From an uncultured Opitutales bacterium (GTDB taxonomy: Bacteria > Verrucomicrobiota > Verrucomicrobiia > Opitutales > T3Sed10-336): 64,000 nt of DNA. How positions within the stretch are numbered: position 1 is the stretch's first letter; each line of letters starts with the position of its first letter. The DNA lies in contig CAZYAN010000012.1 of NCBI GenBank assembly GCA_964645585.1, forward strand, positions 5,968 through 69,967, read 5' to 3'. The position numbers and the translations under genes are program-made. Positions 36,151 to 43,839 of the stretch are shown here, in pieces. The notes under the pieces are model-generated. The model made no database searches. It was not told the DNA's origin and was given only the letters and a program-made list of their open reading frames with translations.

Positions 36151-37761
36151 ATGAACACGAAATTCCGGCTTGCTCGCTTTGGCGCCATTCTTCTCTCCAG
36201 CTTTTTCGCTGCAGCCGTTTGGGCAGCGGACGGTCCGATTGCTGTCTGGGAATTTAGCGAAAGCGCGAACCGCGGCCTCAACCAAACGACGAGTTCCGTC
36301 GGCGGTGTTGCATTCGACGGTGGCGCGACCGGAATTCGCACGGATGGAAACGGCGCTTTGGAAGTCCGTCGCCCCCTTGGCACGGCGATGGTACGCAACG
36401 CGGCAATCGGTCCGATTGATTCGGGGCGCGTCTGGCTTGCGATCGATTTTGCCGGCTGGAATATCACCGGCGCGCCGACCGAGGAACTCCGTTTCGGGTT
36501 CGCGGGGGCGGAGGGTCTCGAGGAGCCGGTCGCGGTGCTTGAGTGGAAGCGTTTGACTGACTCAAAAATCTGGATACACGCCACGGCGCAAGGTGACGGC
36601 GCAACCGATGCCGCCGTCGATGAACTGCTGCCGGCACGCCATCTCAAAACGATCCGCTATGTGCTCGAATGCGATCTCGACCGCTATACGTACGAGATCA
36701 TCAAACAGGTCGAGGGCGGTCCATGGACAACGGTTGGCCGGGGTGCGGTCGCGCAGGGATCGGTGATCCAGTACCTCGGGGTTTCCTTTGCCAGTCATTT
36801 CAGCGATACCGCCGACGAAGGCTTGAAGATCGATCGCCTTGCTGTCACCCGCGAAGACCCTGTCGATCGCGCAAATTGGACTCCACTCGCCGAACACCCG
36901 TTCGTCACCGCTTGGTCGTGGGCTGTGGGCGACGCGAGGACGGGCGAGGTGATTGCGGGACACAATGTCGATGTTCCTCGCAAATCGGCGAGCGTCACCA
37001 AGGCGATGACCACCTATCTCGCTTGCGAACTCGCGAAGGAGGATCCGTCGATTCTCGATGAGATGGTGCACTTTTCGGAGCTCGCGCTGACGGCGCGGGG
37101 ATCGACAGCAAATATTGAGGCTGGAGAAAGTCTGCCGCTGCGCGATGCACTCTACGCGTTCATGCTTCCTTCGGGGAACGCTGTCGGCAACGCGATTGCC
37201 GAGCACTTTCGCGACCGGCTTCCGCGGCCAGACGGTGCCGCTCCTGATGAAAAGCTCGATCCGCGCGCCAACTTTATCGGCGAAATGAACCGCGTGGCCG
37301 CACGCCTCGGCATGACGCAAACCATCTACCGCTCGGCCTTCGGTGACGGCGGCAATTCGACCGATGACCGCACGACGACCGCCCGCGACTTAATCCGGCT
37401 CGCTCACGCCGCGATGCAAAACGACTTGTTCCGAGAAGTGGTCGGCACAAAAGAATATTCCGCGAAAGTCACGCGGCCGGATGGTTCGACCCGGATCGCC
37501 TCGTGGACGAACACGAACCAGTTCTTGGGCGAGGAAGGGTACAACGGTATCAAAACTGGCACCACTAACACCGCCCGCGCTTGCCTTCTTACGAGTGCGA
37601 CCCTGAATGAACGTCCGCTTTATGCGATCGTTCTCGGCAGCAGTCATTCGAGCCGCCGATATGTCGACAGCCGCAACCTTCTCGAATGGGTCGCTGCGCG
37701 CGATCCGGGGGCGCACGCGCGAATCACTTCAGATCGTTCGCGGCTCGGGGGTAACGAATGA
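36151..37761 (+). CDS. D-alanyl-D-alanine carboxypeptidase (S11 PBP) with ~250-aa extra N-terminal domain
   Basis: Signal 'MNTKFRLARFGAILLSSFFAAAVWA'. SxxK 'SASVTKAMT', SxN 'LPSGNA' and KTG 'IKTGTT'. Confidence 0.85.
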   Translation: MNTKFRLARFGAILLSSFFAAAVWAADGPIAVWEFSESANRGLNQTTSSVGGVAFDGGATGIRTDGNGALEVRRPLGTAMVRNAAIGPIDSGRVWLAIDFAGWNITGAPTEELRFGFAGAEGLEEPVAVLEWKRLTDSKIWIHATAQGDGATDAAVDELLPARHLKTIRYVLECDLDRYTYEIIKQVEGGPWTTVGRGAVAQGSVIQYLGVSFASHFSDTADEGLKIDRLAVTREDPVDRANWTPLAEHPFVTAWSWAVGDARTGEVIAGHNVDVPRKSASVTKAMTTYLACELAKEDPSILDEMVHFSELALTARGSTANIEAGESLPLRDALYAFMLPSGNAVGNAIAEHFRDRLPRPDGAAPDEKLDPRANFIGEMNRVAARLGMTQTIYRSAFGDGGNSTDDRTTTARDLIRLAHAAMQNDLFREVVGTKEYSAKVTRPDGSTRIASWTNTNQFLGEEGYNGIKTGTTNTARACLLTSATLNERPLYAIVLGSSHSSRRYVDSRNLLEWVAARDPGAHARITSDRSRLGGNE

Positions 37762-38397
37762 GGTGAGAAAAAGTCCGACGAGAAAGCCGCCGATGTGCGC
37801 GCCGTAGGCGATCCCGGCATCGGTCTGACTCATCAGTCCGCTTACATCGAACGCGATCCCGAAAACCGCCAGCAGCACGAGGTTTGACGGCGGAACTGGC
37901 CGAGCCATCGGCCAGATGTGCGGATTGGGGAGTCGCCAGCGGACCGCCAGCCCGAGATAGGCGCCTTCAAATCCCATGACGGCCCCCGAGGCGCCCAGCA
38001 TCGGGACGGGATCGCCGGCATTCAGAAGCGCGTGGCAGAGGGACCCGCCGATCGCGCTCAGCGCGAAGATTCCGAACATCCAGCGGTCACCGAGCAGCTC
38101 CGCGACAAGCGCCGCGAAAATCCAAAGGAACAGCATATTCACCAAGAGATGGTTCGGGCTGCCGTGGAGAAACGCGCTGGTCAGCAGCGTGGCGAAAGGC
38201 ATGAGCTCAGCAGCGCCAATTTCGCCTCGGCGCAAGCTTTGCCAGCTCGCCTCCAGTTCGCTGGGAACCAGCGGAAAATGCCGGAACGCCTCACCCCCGA
38301 GGAGAAGCTGAAGCAGATAGATCGCGGAAATAACGCCGATCAGGATCAGCAAAGGCTTTTGACGGCGAATAACCGTTCGTGCATGAACATCGAGCAT
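37729..38397 (-). CDS. Rhomboid-family intramembrane serine protease
   Basis: 'HGSPNHLLVNMLFLW', catalytic 'GASGAVMG' and 'AHIGGFLVG'. ATG at 38397. The 3' end overlaps the convergent PBP gene by 33 nt. Confidence 0.85.
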   Translation of the reverse strand: MLDVHARTVIRRQKPLLILIGVISAIYLLQLLLGGEAFRHFPLVPSELEASWQSLRRGEIGAAELMPFATLLTSAFLHGSPNHLLVNMLFLWIFAALVAELLGDRWMFGIFALSAIGGSLCHALLNAGDPVPMLGASGAVMGFEGAYLGLAVRWRLPNPHIWPMARPVPPSNLVLLAVFGIAFDVSGLMSQTDAGIAYGAHIGGFLVGLFLTSFVTPEPRTI

Positions 38398-38571
38398 AGC
38401 AGGGAACCCCCGGACACCGGGGCTCCAGATGCAAGAATGACGTGTCAACCGTGATCGGGCAATACTGTCGGCGAAACATCCGTTGGACACTTCCGCGGTT
38501 CCAACGGAGCATTGACCTTAGCGTGGGGGTGGCGTATTCTTTACTCACAAACCCAAAGAGGGAAGTGATTT

Positions 38572-39054
38572 ATGAGCCAACAAGACATCGTTAAGGAACT
38601 GATAACCGCCTACTGCATGGAGCTGGAGACTGTGCAGAATTACCTCGCCGCTTCGGTGAATCTCGACGGGGTGCGGGCAGAAATTATCAAGGAGGAATTA
38701 GCGGCTGACATTCCGACGGAACTCGGGCACGCGCAAAAGATCGCCGCCCGGATCAAGATCCTCGGCGGGACTGTTCCCGGTTCGCTCGATCTGGAACGGT
38801 CGCAGCGCTCGTTGCAGCCGCCGGAGGATTCGACGGATCTGGTCGCAGTAATCAAAGGCGTGATCGAGGCGGAGGAGAGCGCGATTGAGCAATACACCAA
38901 GATCATTCGGATGTGCGACGGGAAGGATTTCGTCACCCAAGATCTTGCGATCGCTCTACTCGGCGAAGAGGAAGAGCATCGGCGCGATTTCATCGGCTTC
39001 CTGAAGGAGGTCGAGGCATCGAAGGCGGAGGAGAAAATCCGACGCACGGCGTGA
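38572..39054 (+). CDS. Ferritin-like (four-helix-bundle di-iron) domain protein
   Basis: 'MELETVQNYL', 'ELGHAQKIA', 'AEESAIEQY' and 'EEEEHRRDF' are ExxH-type ligand spacing. Confidence 0.8.
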   Translation: MSQQDIVKELITAYCMELETVQNYLAASVNLDGVRAEIIKEELAADIPTELGHAQKIAARIKILGGTVPGSLDLERSQRSLQPPEDSTDLVAVIKGVIEAEESAIEQYTKIIRMCDGKDFVTQDLAIALLGEEEEHRRDFIGFLKEVEASKAEEKIRRTA

Positions 39055-39234
39055 GTCAGGACGCGCGGTGCATGGCACCATGTGCCGTCGGTGTCCCGCG
39101 CCCCGGGAATGAACCCGTGGAGAAGACGCGGCACTGCCGAAAATATCGTAATCGCGAATGGCACGAATAACAGGAAAGACTCGTGTTCGTTCGTGAAATT
39201 CGCGGTCGATATTTTCGCGGGCGAAACGTTCGCG

Positions 39235-39837
39235 CTACTTTCGCAGCCAGCCGAAGAGCTTCCTCAACGCGTCGCCGCGGTGGCTGAGCTGATCTTTGAC
39301 GGCCGGATCGACTTCGGCGAAGGTCTGCTCGAAGCCGTCGGGCACGAATAGCGGATCGTAACCGAAACCGCCCTTGCCGCGTTCGGCGCGGGTGATCCGT
39401 CCGCGGCAAACTCCCTCAAAAATTTGTTCGCGGCCGTCCGGGCCGATCAGCGCGAGAATGCACACGAATCTCGCTGACCGGTTTTCCGCGGCGTGCTTCT
39501 CAAGTTCCCGGAGAAGTTTTGCCCGGTTTTCGGCGTCTGTGGCATTGGCGCCCGCGTAGCGTGCCGAGTGGATACCCGGTTCGCCGCCGAGCGCTGCGAC
39601 TTCCAGACCGCTGTCGTCGGCAAGCACCCAGGTGCCGGCCGGAGCGCGTTCGTGCAAGGCGCGCGCCTTGATGCGTGCATTGCCGGCGAACGTTGGCGCG
39701 TTTTCCTCGACGTCCGGCATGCCGCCCGCCTCCGACGCGGGCCGCACTTGCGCTTCGATTCCCGCTTCCGCAAAAAGCCGGGCGAACTCCTCGACTTTGT
39801 GCGGATTAGCCGTGGCTAAAAGCAACTTCATCGACAC
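39235..39837 (-). CDS. rdgB: RdgB/HAM1 non-canonical purine NTP pyrophosphatase
   Basis: 'LLLATANPHKVEEF', 'GFGYDPLFVP' and 'KDQLSHRGDAL'. Confidence 0.92.
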   Translation of the reverse strand: MSMKLLLATANPHKVEEFARLFAEAGIEAQVRPASEAGGMPDVEENAPTFAGNARIKARALHERAPAGTWVLADDSGLEVAALGGEPGIHSARYAGANATDAENRAKLLRELEKHAAENRSARFVCILALIGPDGREQIFEGVCRGRITRAERGKGGFGYDPLFVPDGFEQTFAEVDPAVKDQLSHRGDALRKLFGWLRK

Positions 39838-40981
39838 TCATTTTTTCGGGATATTGCACGGTGCCTCGCATTAGCTGATCGTCGCCCAGAAAAGCGTGGT
39901 GAACGCCGGTCAGCCGGATCGCCTGGTTGATCTTCTCCGTGCGCAGGCCGCGGAGGGCCGGCTTCGCTTTGTCGTCCGCGAAAAGCATCGGCGCGCGGTA
40001 ACAGAAAAGGTAATCGATCTCTCGCGTCTGCAGCATTTCACTCAGTAAAAGCGAGCCGCCTTCAAAATAGACCCCGACGATCTTCTCCTCGCGGCAGCGC
40101 TCCCGAAACAGGCCGAACGGAACCCGCGGCAGTTTTGAAGGAAGGGACCAGACTTCGATGCCCTCGGTTTTCAGCCGTCGGACATAACCGGTTCCGGCGT
40201 GTTCCGTGGTCACGACGATCGTCCGGTCTCGGAAATCGTCCGTGTAAAGGGAAGGCAATTCCTTCTGGTGGACCGTCCGAAGAAGCCCGTCGAATACGAA
40301 GCGAACGGGGCACCATTCCTCCTCGTTCTCGATTCGGCTCGTCAGCCGCGGCTGATCGGTAATGACCGTGTTGGCACCGACGCCGATTGCCGGAAACAGC
40401 CGTCGCCAGCGCATGACATCCTGGCGGGCGGTTTCGCTGGTGATCCATTTGGATTCGCCGGTTCGGCAAGCGATTTTCCCGTCGATCGTCACTGCGGTTT
40501 TGGCCGCGAAAAATGGCCGGTTCCTGTGTATCCAGTGATTGAACACGATATTAAGGTCACTGCACTCATCACCGAGTACGCCCTCCTCGACTCGCACGCC
40601 GTTTTCGCGCAGGAAATCGAGCCCTTTGCCGTTGTGCGCGGGATTCGGATCGCGGGCGCCGACGACGATGTGGCGGATGCCGGCGGCGAGAATCGCTTCG
40701 GCGCAGGAGCCGGTGGTCCCTTGGGTTGAACAAGGTTCCAGCGTGACGACGAGTGTGGCACCCGCGGCGGGAGGACGGCCGAGATTTTTCAGCGCGACGA
40801 TCTCGGCGTGATCCGCGCCCGCTTCTTCGTGAAAGCCTTCCGCGGCGATCCTGCCCTCTTCGACGATGACCGCGCCGACCATCGGATTCGGGTGCGTCCG
40901 CCCCCAAGCTTTGCGCGCGAGCTCCAAAGCGCGGCGCATGAAGGCTTCGTTCTGTGAATCGTGTGAAGAATCCGAATGCAT
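39806..40981 (-). CDS. ribD: Bifunctional riboflavin biosynthesis deaminase/reductase
   Basis: Deaminase zinc motifs 'HAEIVAL' and 'PCSTQGTTGSC'. C-terminal RibD_C reductase domain. Confidence 0.92.
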   Translation of the reverse strand: MHSDSSHDSQNEAFMRRALELARKAWGRTHPNPMVGAVIVEEGRIAAEGFHEEAGADHAEIVALKNLGRPPAAGATLVVTLEPCSTQGTTGSCAEAILAAGIRHIVVGARDPNPAHNGKGLDFLRENGVRVEEGVLGDECSDLNIVFNHWIHRNRPFFAAKTAVTIDGKIACRTGESKWITSETARQDVMRWRRLFPAIGVGANTVITDQPRLTSRIENEEEWCPVRFVFDGLLRTVHQKELPSLYTDDFRDRTIVVTTEHAGTGYVRRLKTEGIEVWSLPSKLPRVPFGLFRERCREEKIVGVYFEGGSLLLSEMLQTREIDYLFCYRAPMLFADDKAKPALRGLRTEKINQAIRLTGVHHAFLGDDQLMRGTVQYPEKMSVDEVAFSHG

Positions 40982-40987
40982 CGGCAG

Positions 40988-41623
40988 TTATTCCCGAACA
41001 AAAGGATTGGTTTTCTTTTCGGTTCCAACGCTCGTTTCGGGACCATGTCCCGGGTAGAGCCGTGTGGAATCCGGAAGTGTGTAGATTCGCGTGCGGATCG
41101 ATTTTTCGAGCTGTTCAAAACTGCACCCGGGAAAATCGTGACGACCGATGCTTCCGGCGAAGATCGCGTCTCCAACAAACGCGGCGCTGGCGTGGGGAAA
41201 GTAATAAAGAACGTTTCCCGGACAGTGGCCCGGAACGTGACGAACCTCGATCTTCTTGCCGTCCCACCATTCGAGGGTGTCGCCGTCATTCACCGGCACG
41301 TCGATTCGCGCTGGCTCTACTTTGAAGTTGTCTGGCATGAGTGCGGCCATCACTTCGGGACGTTCGATCAGCGGCTGGTCGGCAGGGTGGGCGTAAACCC
41401 GCGCGCCGTCGCGCTGGAAAGCGGCGAGGTCGACGGTGTGGTCCCAGTGCCCATGCGTCAGCAGGATCGCCTTCACTTTTGCCTCCGTTCCGTCCAATGC
41501 CCTTGTCACCGCTTCCCGCGCCCCTTCCGGGCAATCGACGAGGAGCGCCTCGGGACTGTTCGGATCCGTCAGCAAGTAGGCGTTGGTCTCGAGAAGCCCG
41601 GTCGTCAGCCTGCGAATCAGCAT
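40988..41623 (-). CDS. MBL-fold metallo-hydrolase (glyoxalase II-like)
   Basis: ATG at 41623 'MLIRRLTTGLLETNAYLL'. 'LLTHGHWDH' and 'HVPGHCPG'. Confidence 0.85.
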   Translation of the reverse strand: MLIRRLTTGLLETNAYLLTDPNSPEALLVDCPEGAREAVTRALDGTEAKVKAILLTHGHWDHTVDLAAFQRDGARVYAHPADQPLIERPEVMAALMPDNFKVEPARIDVPVNDGDTLEWWDGKKIEVRHVPGHCPGNVLYYFPHASAAFVGDAIFAGSIGRHDFPGCSFEQLEKSIRTRIYTLPDSTRLYPGHGPETSVGTEKKTNPFVRE

Positions 41624-41688
41624 CCTGGCAGGATGGAATCCGAACCTCGCGTTAGCAAGCCGCGGATTCATTTTCGATGGCGAGGTTT

Positions 41689-41716
41689 TATTTGTCACTT
41701 ACTATTTGTCATTTAC
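41689..41716. repeat. AT-rich 14-bp tandem repeat x2 in a divergent promoter region
   Basis: TATTTGTCACTTAC TATTTGTCATTTAC (1 mismatch) followed by GTGAC. It lies between the MBL gene (minus) and the GH9 gene (plus). Confidence 0.7.
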
Positions 41717-41853
41717 GTGACTGGTCGGGCCGTCTAGCGTCGTCGCAACCTTGACTGATGTTTGCGGACGCGCGCGTTTCGAGCCCGCCCGGGCCGACAG
41801 GAATGCTCGCTCTCGTTTGGTTCGAGCAAAAAGCTTTTTTTCGAAAGACCTCT

Positions 41854-43719
41854 ATGAACTGGAATGGTTGTCAAACAAGGCAGTTTCGCCTCTTACGGCG
41901 GATGGTGTTGTCGATGGCGAGTCTTGCTTTGCTGGTCGCGGTCGATGGGCGGGCGGAGGAGGTTTTCATCCGAGCGAGTCAGGTGCCGTATGAGGTTGGG
42001 GATCCGAAAATTGCCGTGGCGTTTTCGCAAGCGCCATTGCCGCGGAATTTTCGCATGGTTGCGCTGAGAGACGACGGAGATGAGCAGGAGGTTTTTGAAG
42101 GTACAATGGTACCAATCAGCGATGCGGCTTGGGGATCGTTCGAACATCATGCCGAACTCGATTTCTCGGCTGTCCAGTATACGGGACGTTATCTGCTGAA
42201 AGTCGGGGATGCGGTTTCGCTGCCGATTGAGATCGGGCGCGGCTCCTACGGGGAGCTTGCAACGCAATGTCTGGAGTTTATGCGGCAGCAGCGCTGCGGA
42301 TTCAATCCGTGGGTCAACGCGGAATGTCACCAGCACGACGGCCGGACAGTCGGAGGACCATTGCCGGATGGAACAGCGATCGACGCAACCGGCGGCTGGC
42401 ACGACGCCGGCGACATGTTGCAGTATCTGCTGACCTCCGGAAACGCGACTGCGCAGCTGCTTCTCGCTTACGAACTGGGGACGGCATCGAGAAATGGCGA
42501 ACCGGGTGAAGGTGACCGGCCGTCGCGATTGACGGCTGATGAGTTTGACGCGCGCGGTCTGCCCGGGGCGAACGGAATTCCAGACCTGCTCGATGAAGCA
42601 CGGTGGGGACTTGATTGGATGCTGAAAATGCACCCGGCACCGGATCAATTGTATCATCAGATCGCGGACGATCGCGATCATGCTGGCTGGCGCTTGCCGC
42701 AGGATGAGTTTGTCGATTACGGCTGGGGGGCAGGGGGCGCCCGTCCGGTATACTTTGCGACTGGCGAGCCGCAGGGACTGCAGCAGTACAAGAGCGAGTC
42801 GGACGGGGTAGCCAATCTGGCCGGCCGCTACGCCGCGGCGATGGCGTTGGCTTATCAGGTTTGGAAGGACGATCCCGAGCAGCGGGAGTTTGCCTTGCGC
42901 TGCTTGAAAGCCGGACGCGAAGCGTACGAGCTCGGGCGAGAGAAGGAAGGCGTGCAGCAAGGGAACTCGTACCGCGCGCCCTACCGTTACGAAGAGAAGA
43001 GCTGGGCCGATGACATGGAATGGGGTGCTGCCGAACTGTATCGGGCGACTGGTGACCGCGGTTACCTGAAAGATGCCAAGCGTTACGCGCGATTGGCGGC
43101 GGATGACGGCTGGATGGGCAGGATCGAGGCGCGCCATTATGAATTTTATCCATTCATGAATGCCGGTCATTTTCGCTCGTACGATCTCGTCGAGCCGGAA
43201 TTTCAGGAAACGCTTGCCGGTTACTATCGCGCCGGAATCGAGCGGTGCGTTGCCGCTGCCCGCGAGAATCCGTACCGGCTCGGTGCGCCGTTTATCTGGT
43301 GTTCGAACAATCTGGTCGCGGCGCTGGCGACGCAATGTTTGCTGTATGAGCGCATGACTGGCGACGCGCGGTATCGAGCGTTTGCCGCTCGGCAAAGCCA
43401 ATGGCTCCTCGGGCGAAATCCATGGGGGACAACGATGCTTACTGGGATTGGTCAGGAGAATCCTGAGGACGTCCATCTTTGGACGGTGCAACTGCTTCAG
43501 CGTCCGGTGCGAGGCGGGCTGGTGGACGGACCGGTTTACCGGCGCATTTTTGAATCGTTGAAAGGGGTGCATATTACGCCGCCTGATCCGTTCGCTCCGT
43601 TTCAAGGCCTCGCGGTCTATCACGATGACGTGAACGACTATTCGACGAACGAACCGACGATGGACGGCACCGCGTCCGCGATCCTGCTGTTTGCCTTGCT
43701 GGAGTCGGTGGGCGACTGA
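41854..43719 (+). CDS. Glycoside hydrolase family 9 (endoglucanase-like) with N-terminal Ig-like domain
   Basis: Signal peptide from the ATG at 41854. 'DATGGWHDAGD' is the GH9 signature. 'WADDMEWGAAELY'. C-terminal 'YSTNEPTMDGTA'. Confidence 0.88.
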   Translation: MNWNGCQTRQFRLLRRMVLSMASLALLVAVDGRAEEVFIRASQVPYEVGDPKIAVAFSQAPLPRNFRMVALRDDGDEQEVFEGTMVPISDAAWGSFEHHAELDFSAVQYTGRYLLKVGDAVSLPIEIGRGSYGELATQCLEFMRQQRCGFNPWVNAECHQHDGRTVGGPLPDGTAIDATGGWHDAGDMLQYLLTSGNATAQLLLAYELGTASRNGEPGEGDRPSRLTADEFDARGLPGANGIPDLLDEARWGLDWMLKMHPAPDQLYHQIADDRDHAGWRLPQDEFVDYGWGAGGARPVYFATGEPQGLQQYKSESDGVANLAGRYAAAMALAYQVWKDDPEQREFALRCLKAGREAYELGREKEGVQQGNSYRAPYRYEEKSWADDMEWGAAELYRATGDRGYLKDAKRYARLAADDGWMGRIEARHYEFYPFMNAGHFRSYDLVEPEFQETLAGYYRAGIERCVAAARENPYRLGAPFIWCSNNLVAALATQCLLYERMTGDARYRAFAARQSQWLLGRNPWGTTMLTGIGQENPEDVHLWTVQLLQRPVRGGLVDGPVYRRIFESLKGVHITPPDPFAPFQGLAVYHDDVNDYSTNEPTMDGTASAILLFALLESVGD

Positions 43720-43839
43720 TCCAACGCTCAATGTTCGGCGTTCGGCGTTCAAAATTTGAAGCGCAACGTTTGAAGGGCGGGCGGCGATTGGCGAAGATTG
43801 AAATTTGACATGTTCCAGCGCGTCGCAAGGCTCGTCTGG

